Positions 25,377 through 39,055 of a DNA stretch of 64,000 nucleotides are shown here, in pieces. The DNA is from Selaginella moellendorffii (taxonomy: Eukaryota; Plantae; Lycopodiophyta): assembly GCF_000143415.4 (NCBI RefSeq), contig NW_003314317.1:875183-939182 (forward strand), given 5' to 3'. The translations under genes were made by a program, and so were the position numbers. How positions within the stretch are numbered: the stretch's first letter is position 1; every line of letters starts with the position of its first letter. Under the pieces are notes generated by a model that was given only the letters and a program-made list of their open reading frames with translations, was not told the DNA's origin and made no database searches.

Positions 25377-28023
25377 ATGGAGAAACAACTGGCTAGCGAG
25401 CAAGATCCGGTAGAGAGGCAGAAGAAGAAGCAGCAGCTGGAGCAGCAGGAGGGGGAGCGGCTGCGGGAGGAGAAGCTCCTCCTACTTAAATCTAATAGTA
25501 AGCCTTTTCCCGTATCATGCTATGCGGATCTGAGACATTTGATTCACTTGTAGTGCCCCACGGAATCGGCGGATCTGGTATGCAATTTGTTTCCGCTTGC
25601 CCCAAATTTCCTTCTTCGTCATTCTCACTGTATGCCCCAGAATTGTGCTGAGGCATTTGTTCGTTTTGGATCTGGAGTTGGGCGTCCCTGCGTCTTTTGT
25701 GTTTTGGTGACGAGATGTTGTGTCGTGGCTAGCAATGTCGTTGTGTCATGTTTGCTATGGCGTTTCTATCCCCTTACTTTTTTTTATCGTCTTTCTTTTG
25801 CTGCCTGGACCCTTTAGCAGCCATTTCGAGTCGTGGCTGGCTATGTAGATCTGGTTGATCTGTAGTTGGCGTCCCTGCGTCTTTTGTGTGTTGCGTTTAC
25901 TTATGATGACGAGATCGTTGTGCGTGTAATGGTCTGACAAGCTCTTTTCTTTTGTTACTGCGCATCTAGCTGGTTTTTTTCTTTTTCACATCTTATTTTC
26001 CGGCTTTGAGCAGTTTTTTCTCTTTGCAGACGCAACCAGGTATAACTACGAGCTTCCGACGTCTTTAGAAGCGGGTGACATGTTCCACTTCTGCCCAGTG
26101 GTCTTCCGTAAGGATTTCTATTATGTTCAGCAGGTGTGGAAACCATTTTACACACAGATGAGCAAGGTTACCCAAGGGCACGTTAGCGTGGTACACGTCT
26201 CCGGCAACCCCGGCATAGGCAAGTCCCATTTTCTGGTTTACGTGCTCCTTAATCTACTGAAGGAAGGGAAGACCGTCCAGGTGGAGCTCGTTAAGGAGAA
26301 AACTATGGATTATTATGCTTTCTATCCAGACGGGACATACCAGACTCTTGACGGGTTTAACAGGTCGCTGCAAGGGGAGATCCTACTGACTGATCAGAGG
26401 TTTGCTGGTCACTATGGGCGAATTACGTATATCTTTGCATCTCCCAATAGAGACAACTGGGTGGGTGCGTGGAAGAACATAACCTCGAGCCGCTTCCAAC
26501 AGCTTTTCATGCCGCCTTGGTCCTTTGAGGAACTAGAAAATCTTTTCTACCGGTACGCGTATCTGGAGGAGAACAGGTTCTCAGATCCTCGAACGGAGTT
26601 TCGTGTGAGAAATCTACTATTTGGTCCTATACCCAGGTGGTACTTCTTCCCCCTGGTGAACGGATATCAGGAGATATTAAAGAATGTGGAAGGGATGGTT
26701 GGGGAAGGGGTGCTTCAGGTGCAGGACTTGAGAGGTGCTGGTGGCAAGGAAGAATATTCATATACGGTGTTCACAATGTGGCCAAGTGCAGATTTTTTGT
26801 CTATTCAATCAATCAGGCCCATCTCCCAGTGGGTTTCACAAAGCATTGCTGAGGTGGCTGCTTACAGGAAGCTCAAGGGGTTTGAGACCTTTGTCTTGGA
26901 TGCTGAGAGTGACCTGGCATTGAAAGTCGCTGCTGGGAATCTGTTTGAACGTTATGCGCATGAACGGCTTGCACAGGGGGGGACGTTCAAAGCCGTGGAA
27001 GATGGATCTGATGTGGTGTTGCAAACTCGTCGGATCAAGTATTTTTCTGGTTTGACAGTGTCGGCAGACCCCGAGTGGAGGAAGGACACAAGTTCCTATT
27101 GGGTGCCTAGGAACCAGAACTTCCCCATCGTCGACAGTATAATGCCGAACCATATGATCCAAGTGTCCTTGGCGAAGTCCAGGAAGCCCATGGATCGGGC
27201 TGTCTTCTCCAGACTGCGGTCGGATTTAAACCAGGTAGGTGCAATATCTTTATTATGTTTGACACTAAACTCCTAACCGATGCAGGACGCTTATATGGTG
27301 CTGGTGAAACCTGAGGGTGATAGAAGAAGTGCCCCGGTTATTAAATTTCGAAGTTCAAACGAGCAGAAGATGCTGTCTGATGAAGACAAGCAACTGGTCT
27401 TAGCTGGTGATTTGAGGTATTGCCAGATCCAGGCATTATGCAAGAAGTATGGAATTCGTGCAAACCAGCACAAGGAGGTGATGCTCAAGGAACTCAAGGA
27501 ACTTGTGGCTCTTGCCAATGTCCAAGATGGTGGCAGCCTGCAAGAGGAGCAACTAAAGCTGATTGTGAAGACTATTGCATTGCGGAGTGGCTTCTCGGTG
27601 AATTCAGGTTGGCACTATCTGACTCTCGAAGAGCTTTTCACCTCTGTGAAGAACGACATCCATTATGGCGATTATGAACCTTTTTTTGCGCTAGAAGATG
27701 ATGCTGTTGAAGACAATGGATATGCAACGATGGATAATTGGGACATAAAGCTTGGCTTCCATGGGCGTAAGATAAAAAAATGTGTTTCATTTATAATCTC
27801 TGATCAATGTCGAATAATCACAGGTGGAACTACATCCGGGTTTGAATCTGAGATCGTGTACACTGCTCTAATGGAGGAGACCCAAGTGACCTTGAAGTTG
27901 GCGCATCTGGATGGTACTCTAGCTGGAAAGCAGGTGAGGGTGAAGGTAGAAGGTCACGAGGGTAGACTGTTGATCTGGAAGTCCTATCAGCCATGTGAAG
28001 GATGTGAGGTCCTCCTTGTATGA
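25377..28023 (+). CDS. CR protein copy 3 (original ATG deleted; next in-frame ATG at 25377)
   Basis: NTPase/REase exon (ORF 26080-27276) and C-terminal exons are open; GAAGCTCATGGC has become GAAGCGGC, removing the start used by copy 2. Confidence 0.65.
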
Positions 28024-31000
28024 GTGAGAGATCTTCTAGTGTACCCATATTTCATATATAGATACATGATCCCCTTTATATGTTGTTGTTTTCCCTTGCA
28101 TTCACTTCGTAGATCACTTTCCTCTAGTAATATTTCCTTTCTTTAATCAGCTCAATACAGTAAGCATCTCCATGGCATCTCCAAATGCTTCAAGTGTTGA
28201 AGCAATGATGAAAGCAGGGAATGGGGTATGGGGAGTGAGAGCCATAGTCGTGGCCTGGTTCTGAGTACCCATCGTGGCGCATTTGGGTCTTGAGTTGCTT
28301 GGCTTGAAACTGTTGGAACAAGTACAGACTGGAGTCAAACAGACACCCCGGTCAACTATTCCCAAAGGGTAAGTCAACCAAGGAGGCCAGGTTAAGCAGG
28401 CAGCGAATTTAGTTAGCAATCTCCTTATTACAAACCTACTAATTTGTACCACACAAGGTAAGGGATTTGCTGAATGCAAGTAGGTGTCAGTGGCTTATTG
28501 CTCCAAAGTCAAAATGGTTACAAGTACATTGTAGGGGGGAAATAGGTAGCATAGAACTCCACCCATTTGGATATGTGAATAGATTTATTCAAGATTTGGA
28601 ATACATAAATGATAGTTTCCATAAAAGCAAGAAGGTTCCTTCAGAACTGGTGGGTCAAGGAATTGACACAGGATACAAAAGTGGAGAACTTGTTATTGAA
28701 AAAGAATGCACAAAAAAGTATAAGTCCAATTTAAGTGTATTGTGGATGCATATGGCTGAATTGAGGTATGACACACACCAATTCGAGGTACTTTGCCACT
28801 AATAGCATGTTGAAACCATGCAACGTGTCTAACAAGTCACCCATTCCCCTTGTCAATAGCAAACTTGTTGTGGATAGGCTATGGAGAAGTTTGGTTGGCA
28901 ATGATGCCGTTCCTGTCAACCACAAAGCTAAACTCTTTTAACTGTTAAATTATGCATTAGGTAAGAGATGAAGGGTTTAGGCATTTCCAAGATCTAAAGC
29001 AATAAAACAATATCTTCTAGAACCTTTATATCTTGGCTGCGTATGAATGATGCCTAAAAGTCTCTGCCTAACTACAAATATAGTTTATTATATAGAATTT
29101 GAAATTTAATTATTTTATGCCTATATCAAAATTATTAAGTAATTCTTTGCTAATATATAAATTATTAGTAATTATTTTTAGTAATTCTGCTTTTCATTTT
29201 GCTTCAGGATTGTAATATATTAGTTTTCTTGAAATATTAATATTCTAAGTTTATTTATATCCAAGTAAAAACATACTTTATATGTAGCTATAACAAGCAA
29301 TTTGTGCTTGCAATACCTAGAGTGGGCAGCCCAGCAATAAAATGTTTTGTTTTATATAGCAATATACTCTTTAAATATTTTTTATTAAAATTTAATGTTA
29401 TTAATTTATTTTAATAGTATTTAAAAATATAATAAGAAAATATTCTATACAGATGGCCTATTTAGATATCACTGGAACATATGGAAGCCAACATCAAGTG
29501 ATGGTATATCAAGAATATTACCACTCAATTGACTAAATCTGACTTTGCTATAGTTTTGTGAGTGTGTAGGCATGATTAAAGCTGTGAATAAAAACGAATT
29601 AAACAGCTTTAACAATAAGAGTATATATATTATATTTTTATAGGTAGTCTTAGTTTTTTACAATTTAACTCCTTATCAAAATTATTTGATCCATGTAGCA
29701 TACAACAATGCTTGAGTTTCTTAATAGTAGTGTTGTTCTTATTTAATAATTTAATTGATCAAATGGAAGTATATAATTATAAATATGTATATAATTTATA
29801 AAAAAATATTAATCTTATTGAATATCAACCATTAGATGGTACTAGAATCATACTAGAAAGTGTTTAGGAAATTTTATAAATTATGACAGGTAGATGGTAG
29901 AATATCCTAGAATATACAAGCATATTCTAGACATATTCACTACTACCCACAAAAACAAGATAATGTATACAGTATTTGATTAAACAGTAATATGTTTAAA
30001 CATTTTTTCTAGCTACTATTAGTTAATACTATGGAATATAAGATTTGAATTTACAGTCTATATATCATATATATTTATAAAAACATTTCTTTCTGGGTAT
30101 AAATAAATAAGTAAAAATTATTTTTAGTCAATATTCTCTTACTTTTTTGATAGAATATTAATATAAATTTATTCCTGTAAAACATAATTTAGAGAAAAAA
30201 GTAAAAATAGAATTTCTAATATTGTATTTTTCTAAATATATTCATATTTCTAAACAATAATTAAGAAATATTTATTCTTATTTATATATTCATCTTATCA
30301 ATTTAACAAGAGCAAACATATTTATATAAAATCACAAATTTTTATATTCATAATAGTAAAGTGATAAAAGGCCGAAAGCTTGCGGCTGTCTGAGTGCAAT
30401 AATACTAAAGTGATAAAGGCCAGAAGCTTGTGGCTGTTTGATTGCAAGCCCTAGGCCCAATTTGTATTGTTTCAGCAAAACTTTTGTGGATGTTTGATTG
30501 GTCAATGGAAAGCTGGCTGCATGCGATAATACAAATATTTGACATATGTCCATTTGTGTTTGCAGATGCCAAGCAAGAGGGCAAATCAATGGTGAAGGTT
30601 AGCAACTAATTGTGGCATCCGTGGAGTGGTGGAGCTGGAGCAAGCTTTCAATGCAGCTAGAACCATCAGAGAGTTGCTTTAGTCCTTGTTCTTCCACAAG
30701 AAAGAACAAGCTTCAAGGCAAGTTCTTCCTTGTGGTTCTCTTGAGTACCCCATCAGCAAGGGAGTCCACAAGACAGCACTGTAATATCTTATCCTGATAA
30801 GAGTTTTGCAAGATGGTTCCACACTTGCAATATGTACCATTAACCAAGACATTCCTCAAAGCTATAGCTTACAAACCTGATTTGAAACTTTGATGACCTT
30901 CCCATTGAGCTTCTCGCCTTCTTCTCAAGCTACCAAGTCCAAGCCAGACTTGAAAGCAGCAATTGTAGGTTGTATTGTCTGCTCATTTATGTTCATAGGT

Positions 31001-32589
31001 GTTTGCATGACTATGGCCACTTACAGACTCTCTTCATTTCACATACTGTTTTCAAGGCCTTTACAAGGTTGGAAGTCATGAATGGCAACGTATTGTTCAT
31101 GAATGGCCATTGCTTTGTGCATATCTAGGAGGCTTTCAAGGTTAATAGAGCTAGAGCTCACAGAGGTGGGCTCCTCAATAAGAGAACAATCAAGCAAATT
31201 TCTTCACATGCAAATTTCTGCATTTTAGACTTATTAAGAGGTCCATTTAGCCTAGTATTATTCAAGTCTAAAGACATTTAACTTTGTATCCCAAAACACT
31301 TTAATTGATTGAAAAAAAGGATGTATTTTTATTTATGAGCCTTTCCTTTTATATTTAAATTCACTCTTATTCATAAACATTTTCCCTCTATATTTAAATT
31401 CTATAGATCATCTCTCAAGTTGTTCTATTTAATTGTTTATAACCTAGATAATTTCAAAGACAAATGATCACATGTCCTTAAGGAGTTATCTTGCATTTAG
31501 CATTGACTTCACACTTTCAACAATCAAAATTGTCTATGGAATTTCATTTAATTACCAATTTATGCTTACCATCATTTATGGGCTGCAGTGTTGTGGGTCC
31601 TTGGAGGAGGCGAAAGGTGAGGCAAGTTGTGTAGTGGTGGCCACCAAGAGAGTAGGTTCTTGCGCTTGACAAAGTGAGGGCTTCTATGGCTAATGCATCA
31701 CTAGCTAATGCCTTTGCTTCTGGAATTGATCAACACTTTGGCATTTCTCCAGAGCTCAATGACTATGAAGTTATTTTAGGTGCTATTTTTGTAATTTAGC
31801 AATGAACATCTGTAACTTTTGATTCGTGCTAGAAATTCCTTAGAAAGATTAAAGTGTGGGAATGAGAGCTCTTGGAAGTGAACAACCCTCAATAATGAAA
31901 ACAAAGAGTGTTGGTAGTGGAAGGCCAACCACCTGCCAGATTCTGCAACGTATAAATGTGGTGACAAGTGTTTTGTGAGATTATAAGGATTGAAAGAAAG
32001 GATCAAAAGCATACATAGTTTGTAGGGCTTGCCTTCACTGACACTTACCGACATGCCACGGACTGCATTTGTAGGGCTTGACTTCACCAAAGTGGGCTTT
32101 AAATTGACTGTTAGCATTGAAAGAGCCACTTTGTACTCACAATTTTCCGATCTGCTGACTTGGAAACCAAAATCCATAGACTCAGAGTCCATTCCAAGAA
32201 GAAGCACGTGGACCTGATAATTATTCAGGTCTAATTCTGCTCGGTTTTATTTTGCTAATGCTGAAACTATTCCTGAGCCACAGTCAGTTGATGAAGCTGC
32301 TGACTTTCCTAAGCGGCCTGTGCACAAGCTGAAAAAGTGGACGACTAGAATGGGAATGTCCAATAATAGTGCATCCAGAAGTATCACTTTGAGCTCGCTG
32401 CTGATCCTTACAACATGGTGGGCAGTAGCAGATGTTCCAGCGCTCCCACCACCACCACTTATAAATCTGCCTCCCCCACCTATTCCACCCCAGGATGATG
32501 GCGATTGGAGGAAATATGTCTTCAAGCACATGCCTTTATGCCTCTCCATAAGGACATGCCTTCATGTCCTCTCCATCTGGGACAGAAGA

Positions 32590-33375
32590 GTAAGTGTATC
32601 AGACTTGTGAATGGTACACCATGCTTGCGATCTCCAGCTATCAATCACTAGAGATTGTTGCATGTTCTCAGTCATGGCGGGCAGCAACAGTGGCACCATT
32701 GTGGAGCAAGAGTCTTATCTGTGTCTACAAAGGAGAATTCCACACATGTGAATTTCATGTTTATGCGAGACAATTGTGATGTTATTGTTACAGGCACTGA
32801 GTGCTGCTAGATTGGAAAATTCAAAACAAGCAAGTTATATTCGTCTTATTCATTGTGCCAAGAGTTCTAGTGAAGGCAAGCATCATCACTATCCTTTTCC
32901 AAAGCATGCAGATGAGCACTATTTTGTCACTTTTCTTGCAAGGTTGATGTTTATCTCATGAAGCACAAAGAGCAAAGTTTTCCAGCACTTTAAGGATTTT
33001 TGTGCTAAAGTTAAGAAGCAAACTGGTCTGCACACTTTGGAAAAGGATAGCAATGATGTTTGCCTTCACTGGAAGTCTTGGCAGAATCAAGAAAAAGAAT
33101 ATACTACTCACCAAGATCAATCCCGATTATGGACAACTCCGCTTGTTTTGAATTTTCCAATCAGGAAGTTCAGCTGATCCGACAGCAGGTTCTGGCTCAG
33201 TGCCTGCAACAATAGCTCACATAGACATGACCTTCAACAGTGCTGCCCACCCTTGTACACAACGGCACCACTGCTGCTACTCGCAATGTGACTGCAAACA
33301 CGCAACAATCACCAGCGATTGATATGGTGCCGGAGATTGCAGGAAGCACAGTGTACCATTCATGGCTCTGATTAC
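32590..33375. repeat. Second copy of the diverged inverted repeat
   Basis: Homologous to 14158-14992; unit A2 keeps only the left arm (~24740-25110). Confidence 0.7.
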
Positions 33376-33494
33376 TCATCTTGATGTGATCAACCCTAGG
33401 TACACACTAACTGCCTAGGAACTGAACCTGCCTCCATGGCATAGAGCCAGTGACTCATACACTCGTAGAAGAGCTTCCGAACTGTGTTAGATTG

Positions 33495-34365
33495 GACAGC
33501 AGCCTCTTTTTTGAGAGCGAGGATGCATTTGTCGTGTCCATGGTGGAGAAACTTGATGGCTTCCAAGGCGATCAGGGAACTCAGAAAAACTTTGATCAAT
33601 CAATTTCTAACAGTATATATATCCGAGAGTAGCATATAGGATTCCGAGCGACGAAAGAGACACAATGCAGTGCTACTGGATAGATTTGCAAGCCATGTTG
33701 CCTCTGGGGTTTAAACTTTGGAAGCACTCAGCAAAGCTGTCCAGCACGAGGCCGTGTTCTTCGTATCCATCAGAAATGAAGATCTCACCACCTCAATGTC
33801 GCTGCCTAGAAAGAAATCTTCCACCTCTTGGAGCTGCCCCGAGCGAGACAAGAGATCGAGCATACACATGTAATGTTCTTTCACGTGCTTGATCGACGCA
33901 AAATGGTAACATCCATCACGGATAATCCCTCCGTGGCTATAGCAAAATCACAAAAGCAGGTAAAACTCCATCCAGTGACATCTCGAGGTAAAGCTCCAAA
34001 GTCAGTTACAAGCAATATATCCCAAGCATGGTCGCTGGAATTGGCGACCTCGATCAGGGCATCCTTGTGTGTGATTGCGGGCGTGGAGCGAGAATCCACA
34101 GTGGAGGCTGCGCTGGTCAATACGTACTGCAAGTGTGGCCAGTTAGTTCCAACCAGGGCCATCTTGGACAAAATGTACGAAAGGGATCTTCTCGCTTGAC
34201 AGCATATGCCCAGTCTTCATGCAGTGCTACGATGGATCTGAGACCGATCACGTCGCATTCGCTGGCGCCTTCCACACGTGCACGAGCATCTCACCCATTG
34301 CGACCGGGAAAATCATCCACGAAGGGCTGAGACTCACCGCTGCCGCCAGCGTTGTCAACGCGTTC
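33495..34365 (-). pseudogene. Scrambled 3' part of a PPR gene copy, with the same inversions as 15105-15885
   Basis: Same orientation switches at ~33638, ~33714 and ~34032. Confidence 0.85.
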
Positions 34366-34429
34366 TACGCGTCCATGATCGAGGTTCCATTTTAAGTCAA
34401 ATGCTATTTGTATTGAAGGCATACGAGTT

Positions 34430-35960
34430 ACCTACAACGTCGCTCAGTTTCTGTTCTAGAAAGACAAGCTTGCCCCACAACAGAGATGGTCTCAACAGCC
34501 CACTCCCGTGTTAGCTCCTCCCGGTCATCGTCATCGGGTGCAAAAACAGGCCGACCTCGGAGCTTCTCGTAAACCATTCTGCATTGCTCCGAGCCCGGAG
34601 GTAAGTCCTCGTCCTCGTACACCCTCACTGACGAGCTTCTTTGTCAGTACCTAAAACAAACGATCTCTCTCCAAACCATTCTTGTTCTTGAAACTCTGGT
34701 AGAATGTTGCATGTACAAGATCCATGTCAAGCACGACGTCGACGCGAAAAAACAGACCTGGAAACAGCTCCGTAAAGGGCTGGCATCTCATTGCTCTTGC
34801 TGAGGTAACTCATGACGAAATCTGTGCACCACAGGTCGCCCATCGACCAGAGCATGCGTTCGGTCCAAACGTTGCGCTCCAGGCCGAAAGAACTGCGGCA
34901 GTCTGCTTGTCCATAGCGAGCGGATTGGCAAAGTGCTAGGATGCGCTCTACAAACACGAAGTTCGTAAAATCTACGCATTACGATGGACAGCAAACTTGT
35001 CAACGACATGTCCACGCCGTTACATTCTTTGAGGCCCTGCGATCAAGTGTGAGTGAAAACGTGGTTTGCGGTGAATGGAAGAGAGTAAAAGGCTACATAC
35101 CTGAAAACAAGTCGAGAATTTTAATGCCCTCACTATAGGCGCTAGCGCTGCCGACTTTGGATCTGCAATGCAATGTATAAGAAGTGGTGATCAAGCAGTG
35201 CAAACTTGTACATGCCGTGCATTATATATTTGTGAGGAACACGAGCAGTCGCAAGTATATGCTTGGATTAATCCGTGACCTGCAACATGGCGCTTGTTAT
35301 CATCGAAGCAGATGATCTACCTTCCGTCGCTGGCAGCACGGATGAGAAGGTCCTAAGCTTCGGGGTCTCGAGCGAAGCTGGTGAACGAAGCATTCAAAGA
35401 AAAGGTGAAGCGAGACGAAAGGAAAAACTTTAGGCCTCACTCACGCTTCCCTTGGAAACCAATCCGTCCGGCGATGATGTCGTTCACTATATCCTTGTGC
35501 CGGATGATCTTGCTAATGCAATGCCGACGCGAGATAAGCGATGACCACGATCAGTCGCAAACACGGGCTTGACCATGCAGCATTCCCGCAGCAGCTCGTA
35601 CTTTTCTTGCGAGAGGCCTGGCTGCTCCATGAAATCGGCCGCTTCACACAAAGGGCGTAGCTTAGATCGCAGCATCAAGCAAAGAGGGAAGCGAGTCACC
35701 TCGGAAAATCCAGTTTTTGGAGACAAACTCCTCGCTTCGATGAAGGAAGAACATGAATTCCTCGGAGGTACCAACAGCAGGTATCCCAATCCCCAGACGT
35801 ATGGAGTAGCGTTTGCACCAGATGGACATCCCCAAGATCTCCACTGCATGCCGCCATGGTATCAGCGATCACGCATCTCATAAAAGAAGAGCGGGAAATT
35901 GCCCTAAATGTGCGTTATTGGAATCGAACGAGGATCAAACCCACCGTTTGCAAACGGTCA
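34430..35960 (-). pseudogene. Unidentified multi-exon gene or gene fragments (part also copied at ~15935-16500)
   Basis: GC-rich coding-like patches (RVYEDEDLPPGSEQCRMVYEKLRGRPVFAPDDDDREEL; EQPGLSQEKYELLRECCMVKPVFATD) separated by intron-like stretches; family not recognised. Confidence 0.3.
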
Positions 35961-35979
35961 CTTCTCGATTTAAAAGCCC

Positions 35980-36672
35980 TTGGGGTTTTGCCGGCGCCAG
36001 AAGGATCGCTCGATCGAGCTCGCGGCGCCTCCAAATCCTAGCCAAGAACGGCCCATCCGCCTCGCGGCGCCACTGTAAGCGTCCTGCGAGCTGCATTTTG
36101 GATTGTCATTGATCAGATTTCTTGGCAGGATCGCGCCTCCGGAAGCGCTGAGCCAGGGTTTTGTCGCCGGCGCCAGGAGGATCGTCGAGCTCGCGGCTCC
36201 TAGTCAAGAACAGGCCGTTCGCCTCGCGGCGCCTCTGTAAGCGTCCTGCGAGCTGCATTTTGGATTGTCTTTGATCAGATTTCTTGGCAGGATCGTGTTC
36301 CAGCGCCTCCAGAAGCCCTGGCCAGGGTTTTGTCGCCGGGGCCATCGATTGAGCTCGCTGTGTAAGCGTCCTGGGAGCTTAGATTGTCGTTGATCAGATT
36401 TCTTGGCAGGATCGTGTTCCAACGCCTCCAGAAGCTCTGAGCCAGGGTTTTGTCGCCGGCGCCAGGAGAATCGATCGATTGAGCTCGCGGCTCTTCCTCT
36501 GTAAGCGTCCTGCGAGCTGCATTTTAGATTGTCATTGATCAGATTTCCTGGCAGGATCGTGTTCCAGCGCTCTTGTCGCTGGCGCCAGGAGAATCGATCA
36601 ATCGCGCTCGCGGCTCCTCTGTAAGTCCTGCGGCATTTTAGATTGTCATTGATCGTGTTCCAGCGCCTCCAG
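35980..36672. repeat. Imperfect GC-rich tandem repeat, ~5 units of 115-165 bp
   Basis: Recurring GATTGTCATTGATCAGATTTCTTGGCAGGATCG...CCAGGGTTTTGTCGCCGG core at ~36101, 36263, 36382, 36527 and 36641 (last copy partial). Confidence 0.85.
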
Positions 36673-36778
36673 GAGCGGTCTCAAGGCAGCAGCTGTGGAT
36701 TCCATCATCTGTGAGTGTTGTTACTTCAATCTTAGAGAGTCTTGCTAGAAATCTAAAGCTTGTTCTCTGCAGTATGTC

Positions 36779-38086
36779 ATGATGAACTTCGTGCCACAGC
36801 TTGTGGTGCTCAAGGATGGCTCTGTCGTTGATAACGTGCTGCTCCATGGCAAGGATTCCTTTGTTCTTGGAAGGCATCAGAATTGCGATGTGGTTGCGGG
36901 GCATGCGAGCATCAGCCGGCATCACTTGGAAATCCGGATCATTCCTGAAACTCGGCAGCTCGTCCTAAAGGACATGCACTCAGGTAAGCTTTCTATAATC
37001 TGAATACAAGGCTGATTGAAAATCTCACAGTTCATGGGACACGACTCAATGGGGAGCCTCTCATCCCTCTCGACCCGGTCATAATGGAGGAAGATGGGAA
37101 GTTTGAGGTGGGAGCATCGACGCGAACGTATATGGTCAAGTGGATTCCCGTGGCTCAGGAACAGTCCGATTCTTCCTCCTCTTCGTGTACTCCTGCAAAG
37201 TCGACAGCTTCCAGCGTTGCCAAGGGTCTGGACGAGGAGTTCCAGAGCATCTTGCGGCTGGAAAGCAGTAACTCACGTAAACAGGTCAGCTTTGGTTTTT
37301 CATTTGCATCATGCAAGAAGCTCTTGTGTATTTTTTCAGGAAAATGCGGATCGCGGAGCAAAGAAGCAGCCAGAAAGGCTTGCCTTTTCGGACATCAATG
37401 GAAGAACGGGCTCGCCACCCGCCAGGCCAAAGTCTCCAGCACGTGGAAAGAAGGGAGCGGCTTCGCCTCTGTCAGCGAAGTTCACAGCTCTGCGAATGTC
37501 TCCGGCTGGAAAGAAGATCTTCGGAGTCCAGAAGCCGGAACAGTCTCCTTCGACTCTCTGGCTTAGGCGTGGTGTCAACCTAGAGCTGCCAAGCCTTGTC
37601 ACAAACACACAGGCTTCTGCACCCCCTGAAGACGGTTACGTATCAGACAAGGAAAACATGGCTCCTGCTCTAGTTGCAAAGCCTGAGGTGGATGCATCCA
37701 AGTCCGTGGTGTCGAGGAAACCATTCGGGGAGCTCTTTTTTCTTCCGTCACCGAGTGTTCAACGCGACTACAAGCCCGTTTTCCAGCCAGCGCCTTACTC
37801 AACGAGCTCCGATGAAGACAGTTTCAAAGACTACTGCGCTCGTCGGCACCGGGTAAGGCCTCTTTCCACGAGCTCTATATCTGCAAGTTTAATATCTGGC
37901 TCGTTCTCCAGGTAACAGAGAAGAAGGCTGACGAGGTTAAATGGCATATCATTGTCGATACGAACTGTTTCCTGGACGAAGATGGCTTCAATTCTCTCAA
38001 GAAACTGGAAGGTTTGCGAGAGACACGAGTCATCATACCGAAGATAGGTGAGTGAGCGTTCTTTCATGTTTCCTTTCAGTTGTCAG
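36779..38086 (+). CDS. PS1: FHA- and PIN-domain protein, PARALLEL SPINDLE 1-like; appears truncated within the PIN domain
   Basis: Exons ~36779-36983, 37031-37284, 37340-37852, 37912-38047. FHA motifs LGRHQNCD, HASISRHHL, SVHGTRLNG and VGASTRTY; SDKEN motif; PIN start KWHIIVDTNCFLD...RVIIPKIV; no recognisable continuation after ~38086. Confidence 0.7.
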
Positions 38087-38449
38087 CCACATTCTTGCGG
38101 AAAACCTGACTTGATCTGATGGCTGCCAACGGCTGGATCAAATTAATGGGCAAACCATAGCTAAAGGCGATGTTTGATCATGGCTTTGATCAGAATCTGG
38201 AACATCATCCTCCATGGAAACATCTCAAACAAAGTATATTTGTGTCAAAATTCCTGAGAGGGAATATAATGGTATGGATGTCTATAGTTGCAGAAAGTTC
38301 CCAAGAAGGGCATCTTGTTGTGTTTGCAGCCATGCCCATGTATTGACCACCTTGATCTTCTATTGCAACTCCCAGGGAGTACCAGCTCAGTGGAGTACGA
38401 TTGCGTGATTCCTATGTCTTGAAGGTATCGATATTGTTCGAGAACAGGT

Positions 38450-38825
38450 AGACATATTTCAAATATAGATATGTGGTCCCCTTTACATGTTGTTGTTTTC
38501 CCTCAAATTCACTTCTCAGATCAATTTCCTGTAGTAGTTTCTTGTCTGGATAAACAATGTTTCCTTTCTTCAATCAGCTTAATATATCTCCAAATGTTTC
38601 AAGGATGAAACTTGTTATGAAGGTAGGGAACGGGGTGGTTGGAGGGGGTATGGGGAGTGGGAGCCGGGTCAGAAGTGGACATAGAGTCTTCGCCAGTCAA
38701 CTATTCCCAACGGGCAAGTCAACCAAGGAGGCCAGGTTAAGCAGCCAACGAATTTAGTTAGCAATCTCCTTGTTACAAACTTACTAATCTGTACCACAAA
38801 GGTAAGTGAGTTGTTGAAAGGTGTC
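38450..38825 (+). repeat. Fragment of the CR downstream sequence, inverted relative to 39690-40110
   Basis: Matches ~28045-28480 and ~20110-20570. Confidence 0.75.
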
Positions 38826-39055
38826 AATGTCGCTGGATCACAGCCGGAAGAAGATGCATTTGCCATGAATTTTTCGAAAAGTGCCCAAAATTGCACAATT
38901 GATGCTTGTAAGTCCGAGTGGAAATTAACTATCCTGAGACCACTTAGCTTGACGATTTTCCACTTCCATTCTCTCTAGGATAGAAAAGGAAAAAAAAGAA
39001 AAGAGAGATTTTCTCTCCTCTTGTCTAGAACTAGGTACGCTAGAAGATCTCTCAC

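Larger units (their letters stand above)
25192..34956 (+). repeat. Segmental duplication unit A3
   Basis: Colinear with A2 up to ~33000 and with A1 up to 34956. Confidence 0.9.

Noticed and set aside
35980-36672. CRISPR-like array
   Set aside because: Eukaryotic DNA; units are long, degenerate and lack unique constant-length spacers
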